DNA of 64,000 nt from Eledone cirrhosa (taxonomy: Eukaryota): assembly GCA_964016885.1 (NCBI GenBank), contig OZ024757.1, positions 34,844,001 to 34,908,000 on the forward strand, written 5' to 3'. Position 1 is the stretch's first letter. Each line of letters opens with the position of its first letter. The notes beneath the pieces are model-generated. The model saw nothing but the letters and a program-made list of their open reading frames with translations. It searched no databases and had not been told where the DNA came from. Both the position numbers and the translations under genes were made by a program. Below, in pieces: positions 13,742-25,690 of this stretch.

Positions 13742-16700
13742 ATATCTATATATATATGTGTGTATATATATATGTGTGTATATATGTGTATATATATGTG
13801 TATATATATATATATGTGGGTAATAGGAATGAGTAGGACCCCGACGACTGAGCTCAAGCCGTTTCGACACACACACATATATATACACACACATGTACAT
13901 ACGCGTACACACACACATACATGCAGATACACATGCGTATATATACACACACATGTACATATGCACACACACACACACATGCAGATACATATACACACAT
14001 ATATATATACATGGTGATAATGATGTCAATGATTGATGACGAATATGACGAAGATAATGACGATGATGATGATAATGATGGTGATGATAATGATGATAAT
14101 GTTAATGATAATGATGATAATGTTAATGATGGTGATGATAATGATGATGATGATAATGTTAATGATGGTGATGATAATGATGATAATGATGGTGATGATG
14201 ATGGTGATGGTGATAATGATGGTGATGATTTAGGCACAAGGCCAACCATTAAGGGGAGAGAAAAGTTGATTAAATCAACCCCAGTGCATTACTGGTACTT
14301 TATTCTATCAACCCCAAAAGGATGAAAAGCAACGCTGACCTCGGCGGGATTTGAACTCAGACAGTAAAGAGCCGTAACTCTGTGCTGCAAAGCATAGAGT
14401 TCAACGCTCTATCGATACTGCCAACCCAACACTTTGATAATGACGATGAAAAAAGCAATAAAAACATTGTTAAAGATCCCCTTACCAAGTGGTTTCCAGC
14501 CCCTCATTTCTGTTTCCATAAGCTGGGCCCAACCAGCATGATGGTAGACATGGTTGATAACTGTAGGAATATCGTAGTCCCGGGTTTCTCGGAATGGTTT
14601 ACCATTGTCCATGCTCTCCAGCACCGCCATTAACTTCTGGTGTTTTTGAATATTTCTTGCAATACTGAGACAAACAGATGTTATTAGAAAACCTCAGACA
14701 CACATAGGAGAACATGTGTAAATCTACACAGACACACATAGGAGAACATGTGTAAATCTACACAGACACACATAGGAGAACATGTGTAAAACTACACAGT
14801 CACATAGAAGAACATGTGTAAAACTACACAGACATACAGAGAACATGTGTAAAACTACACATATACACACACACACAGAAAAACGTGTAAAACTACACAC
14901 ACACACATAGAAGAGCATGTGTAAAACTATAACTACACGCACAGACAGAACAACACATACACACACATGGAGCAACATGTGTGAAACTACACTCACACAC
15001 ACTGAAAATCACGCGTAACTCACCTTCCACACACAAAGAACAACAAATTGAAAACCACACTTATACACACACACAGAATGACATATGGAAAACCACACCT
15101 ACATACACACACACAGAACAACACATGGAAAACCACATCTAACACATACACACCAGTGGCGAAGGGTAACCTGGAAAGCAGGGCATGCAGTCCAATCGCC
15201 ATGGCGGAAAGTGGGGCTGTGCAGCCTTACCCCCCCCCCCCCAATTCCCTCTATATTCCCCTCCCGGTTAAAGCCGCATGTAGTGTTATCTAGTGTGTGT
15301 GTGTTATCTTTTTATGTTTCTACGATTTAGTAAGCAGCAAAAATTCTGCTTGCTTCAACCGACACAATTGATTAACTCAAGATTCTATAACGCATGCACG
15401 CACCCTTCGCCCCTGATACACACACACATGGACACACTCACAAAGAACAACACATGGAAAACCACACCTAGAAATAGCAGCCAAATATTCCTCAAATTAC
15501 ACCATATGATCATTAAAAAAAATATCGACACATTGTATAATGTAATCTTGGGTAGACTATACCTGAAAAAGAAAAAAAGTACTGACCATAACTGGAATGC
15601 TTTTATCATAAAATGTTCAGTCAATAACTGACCTAGGGCTAAACAACAATAGTCTTTGATGAAATGGTTGGCAAGGTAAGTCTTACCTGTAAAGATAACG
15701 AGCCCTTGTATGAGGTGAGAGAGTGCTCCAGGTGGTAAAAGCCTTCTTTGCAGCCTTAACTGCAGTTTCAACATCCTCATCTTCCCCCTGGATGGTTGTT
15801 GCCAGGACTTCATCTAACGATGGCATCAAGAGAAATACCAAATACATATTTTAATCAAAGCTGTTGACTTTTTATTTTTAACTTTTAACATCTAATGATT
15901 TAGTAAGGTGGACAAATGGCAGAGTCATTAGAACATCAGATAGAATGCTTTGTGGTATTTGTTCCACTCGCTGAGGTCAACTTCACCTTTCATCTATTTT
16001 AGGTCGATAAAAAAAGTACCAGTCAAGTACTGGGGTCAGTTCTTCCTCTCTATCTCTTTTTCACTTCCTTTCTCTCTCACTTTTCTCTGGAAAAAATCTG
16101 CTGTATTCAGACCTGGAGAGGAGATGAGGGTCTGCCAGGTTTAAAAAGTGCCCTAGTAATGCTGTATTTCAATATAGTGTCCCTACAACTCCCATAGCAG
16201 TAGAGCAAGTGCCTTAATTCAGTAAGAGAATGAGGTCTGGGATTTTATCTGTTGATTCCTTATTTACTTGACTGGTACTTTATTTTATTGACTCCAGAAG
16301 GATGAAAGGCAAAGTTGACCTCAGAATGGAAAAAGCCAAAATAAATACTACAATGGCATTTTATCCGATGCTCAACCAATTCTGTCCATCCTCCACCCTC
16401 AACAGTGAGACATATTGAGGGAAAATAAAGCAAATCTGAAAAACCTGTTGATGGATTCTTGCTTTCAAGATTCTTGCGTCCTTCTGGTTTTACCCATTCT
16501 CCATCAATGAAATGTCCAAATGCCCTTCCATGCTTGGTTAACCATTCCTGGCAGAGCAAAAGAAAATAGAGAGAACACAAAAATGAATCCCTTTCACAGA
16601 TACTTCACTCTACAACCAGTACCGGATTTGGTTCAAATGAGGCCCCTTACTTGGGCCCTGAAGGAAGTAACACATTTTTTTGGCATTTTTTGCTGAGGTG

Positions 16701-17217
16701 GATGTGCGCACAAGGCTGGGAAAAGCAACGGCGGTCTTCCAGTGACTCCGTCTGGTATGGTCCAGGTGTTACATCGGCAACGCCGTCAAATTCCGTGTTT
16801 ACATGTCCATTGTAGTACCAACAGCGATATATGCCTGTGAGACATAGAAGAGTACGGAAAGTGTATGTAACAAGCTTGATGTATTCCACCGTCGTTGCAT
16901 TCGGACCATATTGAAAATTTCATGGAAAGACCAAGTTAGCAACGAGGAAGTGATGAGGAGGTCAGGATTGGAGAAGTTAAGGGACATTGTCCGGAAAAGG
17001 AGACGGCCGTTCGCGGGCCACATCCTTCGTTTGCCAGCAGATCGACCTGCTCATATTGCCATGGATTGGGTACCAGAAGGTGGCAGGAGAGAACGGGGAA
17101 GACCACGAAAAACATGGCGGAGCACATTCAGGGAGGACCTGCGGGAGATGGGAATTACCTGGAGAGGTGCTTAGAAGGGCCGCCAGTGACAGGATCAAGT
17201 GACTGGAGTAACTAAGA

Positions 17218-17259
<42 letters not shown>

Positions 17260-18413
17260 CTTAGTGGTTAGAGCATTGGGCTTGCAATCTAAAGGTTGTA
17301 AGTTCAATTCTCAGACCGGGTGATGTGTTGTTTCCTTGAGCAAGACACTTTATTTCATACTGCTCCAGTTTACTCAGAAATGAGATGAGATGATAGGTAC
17401 TTGGGTCCCTATCATTCCACTGCAAAGTGGTCGTGTAGAGACAACCCACAAGGTGTGTGACAGGCAGATGAGATATAGAAAAAATTGAAAGAGGGGCAGG
17501 ACATATATATATATATATATGAATGTATGTATGTATATATGTAATTTTTTTTATCAACCTTGAAAGAATGAAATGCAAAATTGACCATGGCAGGTTTTGA
17601 ACTCAGAGTGCAGAGGGCCAGAAAGTGTGCCTCAAGGCATTGTATCCAACGTTCTAAAATCTCTGCCAATTTACTGCCCTTCATTTTAAAGGGTTCTTAA
17701 TCAAAAATTAAAAATTTCCAACATAATTTTATATAAGAAAATTTTATGTTATAAATACCATCTTAATGAAAATATAGCTTCAGTATATCTGACCAAAGTT
17801 CTTCATTAGTTAATTAATTGATTGAAATAGGTTGTATTTCATTAGAAATAAGGCCATGAAAGAGTTATGGTTCAGTAATGTAATCCTCTGTCTGTGCTCT
17901 AGCTGGCTGGTCTGTCTTGAGAGAGAGAGTGGGGGGAGGGGGAGAGACAAAGTGAGAGAGAGGGAGAGAGAGAAAAAAGGAGAGAAGGGGAGAAAGTTAG
18001 AGAGAGAGAGACAGTGAAAGTTAGAAAGGGAGGGCGGTAAGGGAGATTGAGTGGGCAGGGATATAATGTTATTGGGGAAAAGAGTTGGTGTAATTGTCCT
18101 GTCATTTCTGTCAAACCTAAGCTGGTTCAAAGTCTTCCACCTTTTTAACTAGGCCCCTATCTGTTTCTTCCTCTCCCTATGTTTACTACCTCTTCTTCTT
18201 CTCACCCTCAAACTACCCCCTCCGTCTCTCTCCACATTGGCTGATTCTGGGAACACTTCAAATTGTTAAACAAAACAGGATCTGAAAGGTCAAGTACCAA
18301 CATATTCACATACATTGTGTGTGTGTATATATATATATATAGACACACACATTGTGTGTGAATATGTTGGTACATTTATGTATGTATGTATATATGTATG
18401 TATGTATATATAT

Positions 18414-18451
<38 letters not shown>

Positions 18452-20149
18452 CATACATATATACATATATACATACATACACATACATACATGTGAGGAT
18501 TGCAGCCTCTTATCCCATCTGTGTCCATGACCTTGTAGGCCAGCTGTAGATCTGCATGGTTTACTACACAGGTGACAGAAGAGAGTTGTGCTTTCCACCA
18601 TGTGTTTTTTAGTCCAGAACTAGTTTTACACACTTTGTTTTGGCAGGTCTTTGTTGAGTGGTGTTGCAGGTGGTTATCCTTTCATGTGACTTCAGGTGAT
18701 TAAAATAACCAGCCTCTGAGAGGAGTACACACTGACAGAAATTGCATGTCCAGCTACTGACGACTTCATCAAAACTGAGCACAGCTATTCTGGAGCTGAC
18801 ACTTCAGTTGTTTATGTTCCATACGACATCCCCAAAAGTTTTACAACTGCTCTTTATGTGCTTTCTCCACTCACCCCTATTTAGAGCTATCTCCTCCCAG
18901 TTGTCTATATTAAATGCCAGCTCTTTGAGGTTGTTTTTGATGCTGTCCAAGTACCTCATTTTCGGTTTGTGTTGGGGCCATTTCCAAGATGGAGTTCACC
19001 ATAAAACAGTTACTTCGGGATCCTGCTTTCTTTCATGCGGACGGTATGTCTTGTCCAGCGCATTTGAGAAGATGTTACTAGAGACTCAATGCTTGGACAT
19101 ACATACATGGGTGTATGTATGTTAGTGAAACTAGAGGATCTACTGCAATGCTCCACGGTTTTGGTTAGTTACCTCTTCTGGTAACTAGCTCATAGTCGTC
19201 TCTATGAACCACCTAAGAGAATATTAGTCTACGACTTCTTTTATACCATTTACGTGGTTTTGTCTTTGCGTGTAATTGTTTTTCACCGCTCCAAATAATG
19301 ACGTATTATATTCGTTTTTTCCCGTTCTTTGCCAGGGAACGTTTCCACGAACCAAAGTATCGTCTTCCTGTCTTCCTCCGGTTGCAACGTTTTTTGAAAT
19401 ATTCACTTCTGCGTTCACAGATTGACTTTGTTAGTTTCAGCAGATCCCGTTAAGGGTGAAAGCAGCGATTCTTTGCTTAAACTTTAATCTGTTATTTTAA
19501 TAAATATATATATATATATATTTTATTAAGGCTAAATAGTGAGTCTTGTTACTCTGGAGTTTTGCCTGTGATAAACAGGTGAAACTCCAGAGTAACAAGA
19601 CTCACAATTTAGCCTTAATAAAATGAGTGTTTAAAATCTACTTCAGTTTTGAGTACTATTTTCTCTCAGCCATCAACCACATATGTATGTATCATCATCA
19701 TCACCGTTTTACGTCCGTTCTTCCACGCTAGCATGGGTTAGGCGGGTTGTCCTGTTGTGGGCAGTAGCCAGTCGGCTGACCATGTCTTGCTCATACGGGA
19801 ACTGATTTTGGCTTGATTTCTACAGATGGATGCCCTTCCTAACACCAACCTCATTTACAGTGAGTGCTGGGTGCTTTTTTACCGTGGCACCTACACGTCC
19901 ACTTTACAGTGTGGGCTGCCGTGGCACCTCCACGACCCCTTTACAGTGGGAGGGTGTGGGGGCATATTGTCTATATGCTTCAGCTTCAGCTTGTACCCGT
20001 GGGGGAGCCGGGTCTTCTGTATTACTGACGCCAGAGGTCACGGTCATGTGTCATCACCTTTGAGAGGTGTAATTGGGTAAGGTCGGCTTTTATCACCTCA
20101 TCCCAAGTTTTCTTGGGTCTCTCCACTCCACGTTTCCATCGACTTCTAG

Positions 20150-20181
<32 letters not shown>

Positions 20182-22792
20182 AACACACTTTTAAATTTGG
20201 TATATAATTATCATGCAATATACACCTGATGTCACAGGTTCATACGTAACCTGACCACTGAAATGTGCATAGTGTTTTCAGAAATAAAAATTTGATGAAA
20301 TCCAAACTGTCCAGCCTCCTATCATTTTACTCTATAATATACATATATATAAATATATATATATATGGAAACAACTGATGACTCACTCCTTCCCCACTGA
20401 AAATGGTCCCATCACATGACTGGAACAAATGACAATACATAGCAAGAGAATGTAGTCCAGCATATATGGAAAATGGACAGGTTGGACATGTTTAGAGCGT
20501 CTTAGTTCATAGTTGTACTTAATCACAACTGAACTGGGCCTAAATAGGAACTACAAAAATAGTTGATGCATCTCTCTCTCTATATATATATATATATATC
20601 CGGGAACTTCCAACAGTAATGGTTGCATCCTTTAAGGGTATGTCAATATTTATTTATAAAACTGCTCTATATTATATTTTATCTGATGAAAGCACACCAT
20701 AATTTAACTTGGTGTCCTTGAAATATGTATAATGAAATAAATATGGTTTTATAAATATAGTTTCCATTTGTTAATATCGTATTTTTACTCCAATTATTTG
20801 TTGAGTGCTTTATATCAGTTATAAAAATATTTTCTTGTTGCATCTCAACAATTTAAATAGAACGTTTACATATATATATATATACATATATATACATATA
20901 TAGAAGTGGTTACACAACAGTTAGTTCACCATACCGAGAACAATTGTTTCACCTTAGCGGATGTTCACTTCGTAATGGACATGGTTATTTGTTATGTTAT
21001 TCTACTGTAAATTTATATACTTTTTTTTACAAATATAGAATGAAAGTGTAGACAAATAATTGTTTCTATTTTAGGCACAAGGCCAGCAATTATCCAGTGC
21101 ATTACTGGTACTTTATTTTATCGACCCCGTAAGGATGAAAGGCAAAGTCAACCTCGGCGGGATTTGAACTCAGATCGTAAAGGGACGTAACTATGCTGGA
21201 AAGCATGGCGTCCGACCCTCTACCGATAGACAAATAATATATACAATACTTAATGAATATTATTTTATTAAATCTAAATGTTTGTCATCCGCTCGCTCCT
21301 CCCAATTTTGGTAAATTTTTACCGTTAAACCAGTCTCGCTTTAGAAGTGAAATTTATATTTTCGCTATGGTTTTTTAATGTTTTGGAGAAATATATTCTT
21401 CAAAACTGTGGGAGATAACTAGAAGAGTGAGGGACGCCCACAACTTTTTTTTTTTTACAGACTTTATATATGAGGGTAGGGGTATTTTAATCTTTTAAAG
21501 AGCTTGGATCCTTAAATAGACTTAATACAGCCCATGAACACATGTACCCTTAACAATTTTTCAGAGTGAGTCCGCGTGACACAATAAGGGGGTGGTCTGA
21601 AAAGTTCATTGGCTAACTACGAAGGAGTGATGCTAGTGCTGTGAAATTTTGCATGGATTAATTTCAATTAATAATTGGACTGTTTCTTTCCAGGGACTAT
21701 GCTGAAAAATAAACATCATTTGGTCATGCCATGAGAGTACCTTGGTTAGTCTATGAACCTTTCAGCCGACCCTCGTATATTGAATGAGTGATTAACAAAA
21801 ACATAGCTTTATACCATCGTATCAAAATTTAATGCTTCCGTTACCATATTCCTAATAAAAGACAGCATATAATTTCTAAATAATTTTGAAAATAATAAAG
21901 AATTTGGAGGGGTTTAGTAATAAATACAAAGTATATAAATTTCACATTATAAAGCTGGTGTTAGGAACATAACAAACAATTTTTTTCTCCCCTTTTACGT
22001 AGAATTAAATTTATAAACCGTTTCAAACAATCAGTTTGTTACCGTAGGACTTGGTGTGGCTTCAGGTGCTTTAAATAATTAAATTGATGTACACAACATA
22101 ACTTAACAAAGGTGCTTACATAGAATTACGATCGAAAGTTTTTAGACAAATATAAACACTTTAATTTCGTTTTCGTTTTATATTTCTTTGCGTAATATTC
22201 ATGTAGCATTGGATAATTTTGAGTAATATTTATGTAATAAATGTTTAATGTATATATTGTTTGTGTATATTTTCAATCTATAAAAACAATCAATTCGATA
22301 TTTGTTCAGTCAAAGAGCTTTGTGTTATAAAACAAAGGGGCGATGTTTCTATCAAAGGGTTTAAGCGAGGGTCAGCTTAAGAGGTCATAGTCTGACTATG
22401 AAGGAATGATGTTAGAGCTGTGAAATCTTGTATGCATTAATTTCAACTCTTCTCATTAATATCTGCATTGTTTCTTTCCAGGGACTATGTTGAAAAATAT
22501 ACCGCATTTGATCATTCCATGAGAATATTTTAGCCTATGAACATTTTATCCGACCCACGTACATGTCAAATAATTATCGCTATAAATATAGTACACCAAA
22601 ACATACAATCAAAGCTAAAAATAAAAAGGGGGTGGCGTTAAATATATAAGTATTAAGGAAGGAATATTGGTGAAGAAGTGTTAAAATAATATGAATTACC
22701 TGGACGATAGTGTCAGCCTCAGGGGCTGGGCCATAGCTGAGGGTGTCAAAAATGTTTTGGGTTTGATACAGAGTACTACCGTTAGACGACAT
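422..22792 (-). CDS. ALDH16A1: ALDH16A1-like aldehyde dehydrogenase (ALDH16 family), multi-exon, 3' part continues beyond the left window edge
   Basis: Coding exons in transcription order: 22792-22700, 16547-16445, 15813-15687, 14664-14486, 12834-12572, 10862-10710, 9732-9535, 8251-8153, 6746-6504, 3351-3194, 1155-985, 626-422. All introns are GT-AG and phases join (1992 nt, 664 aa). Motifs: [58 protein letters not shown] second partial ALDH domain ([16 protein letters not shown]...[12 protein letters not shown]) and the N-terminal LSYGPAPE are typical of ALDH16. Confidence 0.93.
985..1155 (-). CDS. ALDH16A1: ALDH16A1-like coding exon 11 ([17 protein letters not shown]...[10 protein letters not shown])
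   Basis: CAG acceptor, GTATG donor, phase 2 to 2. Confidence 0.93.
2126..2500 (+). mobile_element. tRNA-derived SINE family A with LINE-derived tail
   Basis: A box TGGCTTAGTGG, B box GAGTTCAATTC, central ccttgagcaagacacttt, tail ending (GAT)n; copies at 6868-7196, 17258-17430, 29385-29531 (-), 33920-34207; tail copies at 19695-19950, 55860-56130, 60050-60325 and many others. Confidence 0.85.
2565..2780. mobile_element. piggyBac-type MITE (about 210 bp)
   Basis: TTAA-CCCTTTAGCATTT...AAATGTTAAAGGG-TTAA; further copies at 1677-1904, 26010-26457 (with internal 73-bp tandem expansion), 40283-40490, 43025-43236, 59481-59708. Confidence 0.8.
3194..3351 (-). CDS. ALDH16A1: ALDH16A1-like coding exon 10 ([10 protein letters not shown]... 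linker)
   Basis: TAG acceptor, GTAGG donor, phase 0 to 2; GLYEY follows GGKE as in other ALDHs. Confidence 0.88.
4893..6545. repeat. 82-bp minisatellite built from the 3' end and splice donor of ALDH16 exon 9
   Basis: AAGTCTTACC recurs every 82 bp from 5183 to 6495 (17 copies), with about 3 degenerate copies back to 4893. Confidence 0.95.
6504..6746 (-). CDS. ALDH16A1: ALDH16A1-like coding exon 9 (IFGPV...[10 protein letters not shown])
   Basis: CAG acceptor, GTAAGA donor, 243 nt. Confidence 0.95.
7586..7748. mobile_element. MITE-like element with about 30-bp terminal inverted repeats
   Basis: tatacatatatgtgttcaaatcataagggacc ... ggtcccttatgatttgaacacatatatgtata. Confidence 0.65.
8153..8251 (-). 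CDS. ALDH16A1: ALDH16A1-like coding exon 8 (VYQP...FYLPTLIT...EEE)
   Basis: CAG acceptor, GTAAT donor, 99 nt. Confidence 0.92.
8463..8700. repeat. 35-bp minisatellite
   Basis: ctactgttatatggttgtaatatatatatactcct, about 6.5 copies. Confidence 0.9.
9535..9732 (-). CDS. ALDH16A1: ALDH16A1-like coding exon 7 (VCCAGS...EGAD)
   Basis: CAG acceptor, GTAAG donor; catalytic Cys motif. Confidence 0.95.
9866..10228 (+). mobile_element. LINE ORF2 internal fragment (pre-RT region)
   Basis: [15 protein letters not shown]...[17 protein letters not shown]. Confidence 0.8.
10710..10862 (-). CDS. ALDH16A1: ALDH16A1-like coding exon 6 (VGQKLR...LELGGKSP...FNQGQ)
   Basis: TAG acceptor, GTAAG donor; general-base Glu motif. 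Confidence 0.95.
10951..11493. mobile_element. pogo/Tigger-like MITE with a nested SINE
   Basis: terminal inverted repeats TACCATATTTGCC / GGCAAATATGGTA; SINE at about 11105-11305 inside. Confidence 0.65.
11960..12470. repeat. (CAC/CAT)n degenerate trinucleotide microsatellite
   Basis: direct inspection. Confidence 0.9.
12572..12834 (-). CDS. ALDH16A1: ALDH16A1-like coding exon 5 (GIVPWNFP...FTGSTN)
   Basis: CAG acceptor, GTGAGT donor; NAD-binding motifs. Confidence 0.95.
12868..14230. repeat. (TA/TG)n compound microsatellite followed by (CA)n and (GAT)n tracts
   Basis: direct inspection; source of spurious Y/I/C/V-rich ORFs. Confidence 0.9.
14486..14664 (-). CDS. ALDH16A1: ALDH16A1-like coding exon 4 (IARNIQKH...LESMDNGKP...WKPL)
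   Basis: CAG acceptor, GTAAG donor, phase 2 to 1. Confidence 0.92.
15687..15813 (-). CDS. ALDH16A1: ALDH16A1-like coding exon 3 ([10 protein letters not shown]...RARYLY)
   Basis: TAG acceptor, GTAAG donor, phase 1 to 2. Confidence 0.9.
16445..16547 (-). CDS. ALDH16A1: ALDH16A1-like coding exon 2 ([18 protein letters not shown]...NPST)
   Basis: CAG acceptor, GT donor, phase 0 to 1. Confidence 0.9.
16640..17220 (+). mobile_element. RTE-type LINE 3' fragment, decayed
   Basis: [29 protein letters not shown]. Confidence 0.85.
18490..19095 (-). mobile_element. RTE-BovB-like LINE 3' fragment
   Basis: minus strand [36 protein letters not shown] and C2H2-like [17 protein letters not shown]. Confidence 0.75.
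20675..20739 (+). ncRNA. Type I hammerhead ribozyme motif, same family
   Basis: CTGATGA-aagc-acacca..tggtgt-cctt-GAAA-tatgta-TA-atgaaata; stem II sequence differs from the other copies but stays paired. Confidence 0.7.
22700..22792 (-). CDS. ALDH16A1: ALDH16A1-like coding exon 1 ([31 protein letters not shown])
   Basis: ATG at 22792, donor GTAATT, phase 0. Confidence 0.85.
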
Positions 22793-23148
22793 AATTGTAA
22801 CTACGTAAAGCACTGGGCAAATATCCTGCTAGTTACATACACAACCTATATTCATACATATACATGTATATATATATATGTATGTATGTAGAATGCAAAC
22901 ACACACACAGCCGACTATATATATATATATATTATAGATTATGATATATATTTTTTTTTAATATATTAAATATATCTATATCTATAAAACTGCTGATGAT
23001 GAGATGATGACAACGGATTATATATGTCAACAACTTACACACACAACTTGACTATATATATATATATGTCAACAACTTAAATACATACATATATATATAT
23101 ATATATATAACTGACTATATATGTTTGTAAACAACTTATATATATAGG

Positions 23149-23193
<45 letters not shown>

Positions 23194-23399
23194 AAGCTGG
23201 GTTGTTAGTTTAAACTTGTGTGAGTTTGCGCAGAACAAGTTAAGTTTCTTTTCCTACTGAGAAGGAGGGAGGGAGAAACAGATTTATCAGATACTGTTCT
23301 GGTCATATGATGGTGGCGGTGGTGTGGTAGCTATGATAGCAGTGGTAGTGGGGGTGATAGTGATGACTATGATAGAGGCGGTCATGGTTTTGAGGGTAA

Positions 23400-25690
23400 T
23401 TAGGAAGAATTAAAGAGCTCAAATGTAGCGAGGCCGCTGGGGTGGATCAAATTCGGCCTGAGATGTTAAAAGCCTTAAAGTGAGAAAGTATTCTCTAGCT
23501 GACTCATGTGTGCTGGGCGGCCTGGATCAGCGTGGTTTTTGTCCTAAATGCAGATCTTTGAGAAATCGTGGGAGTACTGCGAAGAGATATATGCTTGCTT
23601 CATAGACCTTGAAAAGACATATGACAGCATTCCACAAGGACTAGTGTGGAAGCTTCTGTAGGAATATGGGATCAAAGGACAGCTTCTTGTTGCCCAATTG
23701 TTCCTATATGAATGCCCTAGTATTTGTGTTCGGATAAATGGTACTAAATCAAAACCATTCAATGTGGTAGTCAGACTCTGCCAAGGATGTGTACTGTCAC
23801 ATCTTCTGTTCATAATCTTCATGAACGGGATTGACATGTGCAACCAGGTTGGAAGTGGTATCACAATTGGTGGAGGTAGGATCAGTCAGCTGGAATAGAA
23901 AGATGACATGGTATTACTTAACTCATCACAAGGGGAGCCACTACTTCTCCAAATTGAGAGATCACAGCTCCAGTACTACAGTCAAGTGGACAGAATATCT
24001 AAGGAAAGAATCACTGGACAGATTTTGCAGGTAAAGTCAACCGGTGGGAGTTCCAGTGGTAGACCATGAACAAGATGGTTGGATAACATCCATGATCTAA
24101 CGCTCATAGCTGAATCAATGACCGAACTAGAGAAGAAATTCCAAACATGGAAGCACGGCCTAGAATCAAAAGGCCTTAAAATTAACCTGGCTAAGACTAA
24201 AGTTCTAGTTTGTAGGAAAGAAAATAAGGCGGCAGTCCCATCTGGGAAATGGCCATGCTCAGTGTGTAGGAAAGGCGTAGGTAGAAACTCCATTTTATGT
24301 CCCAAATGCAAAGTATGGGTGCATAAAAGATGTAGTGGGATCACAGGTAAGCTAACTAAGAACATAGATTTTACATGTGGCCGGTGCTCTGGTGCAATAA
24401 GTAGCAGCAAGTGCCCACAAAATACTAGCTCCTTCAACTGCGCAGAGGGTTCTATAGAAATAGTGGACAGCTTCCGTTACCTGGGTGACAAAATCAGCAG
24501 TGGGGGAGGGTGCTCTGAAAGTACAGTAGCTAGAGTCAGAACTGGATGGAAAAAGTTCAGAGAGCTTATACCACTATTAGCCGCTAGAGGGTTCTCCCTA
24601 AAAATGAAAGGCAGGTTATACGATGCCTGCATACGAACAGCAATGCTGCATGGCAGTGAGACCTGGGCATTGTGTGCAGAGGATATACACAGACTAGAGA
24701 GGAACGAAGCTTGCATGCTCCGCTGGATGTGCAATAGTAATATACGTGAACGGCAAAGCATAAACGAACTAAGGAAAAAATTAGAAATAAGAGGGATCAG
24801 ATGTTGTTTACTCGAGAGAAGGCTACGTTGGTACGGTCACGTGATGCGCATGAAAGACGACAGCTGTATAACAAAGTGCAGGGCAATAAAGATAGACGGT
24901 AGCCACGGAGTAGGCAGACCCAGAAAAACATGGGACGAGCTGATAAATTCCGACCTCACACGCTTACACCTCTCCAAGACAATGTCACTGGACCGAGACC
25001 TTTGGCGGTACTCAGTAATAGAGAAGACCCGCCTTACCTAAATACAAAGTAAAAACCTACTACAGTCAGTAGGCATCTCTATCAAAACACCCCCCGGTCC
25101 CACCACCTCCACCCCATCCACACCGCCCCTTTCAATGTAAAGTTATGTTGGTCCCACAACATCCAGGCCGAAACAAATGAGATCGTGTAGATGTCACGAC
25201 AAAAAAACACACAGTCCACGCTGTAAATGTGGCCGTGTAGGCAACACGGTAAAAACCTCCCAGCCCCACACTGTAAATGTGGTTGGTGTTAGGAAGGGCA
25301 TCCAGCTGTAGAAAACCCGCCAGACAGTCCACGCTGTAATGTGGCCGTGTAGGCAACATGGTAAAAACCTCCCAGCCCCACACTGTAAATGTGGTTGGTG
25401 TTAGGAAGGGCATCCAACTGTAGAAAACCCGCCAGACAGTCCTATGCGAGCAAGACAACCACTCTTGCCTCAAGTGGGAAAACCCCCGTCCAAACCCATG
25501 CAAGCGTGGAACACGGACGCTAAACCTGATGATGATGATGATGATGATGATGAGCTCAGTTGGTCTGTCTTGCTTGGGCATCAAACTGGATCAATTGGAA
25601 ATGGTTGCTTCTGACTAGACCCACTGGAAGGAATGTTTGAGGACTCTGCCCCTATGATACTCCTAGGAATAAGTGGGCAAAGAAGAAGAT
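23400..25690 (+). mobile_element. Older, internally deleted RTE-type LINE fragment interrupted by the element above
   Basis: ACFIDLEKTYD and QGCVLSHLLFIIFM RT motifs with stops; the sequence GGATAACATCCATGA resumes as GCTCAGTTGG at about 25554, as in the uninterrupted copy at 3943-3970. Confidence 0.8.
24091..25550 (+). mobile_element. 5'-truncated RTE/RTEX-type LINE with open ORF2 C-terminus (RT end, PHD-like finger), 3' UTR and (TGA)n tail
   Basis: ORF 24079-25041: [58 protein letters not shown]; tail (GAT)n at 25528-25553. Confidence 0.9.

Noticed and set aside
12799-14029. 300-380 aa ORFs rich in Y, I, C, V and M
   Set aside because: Translation of a (TA/TG)n microsatellite inside an ALDH16 intron
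422-22792. Recent horizontal transfer of a bacterial-like ALDH16
   Set aside because: The gene is intron-rich and sits beside PIH1D1 as in human, consistent with vertical inheritance
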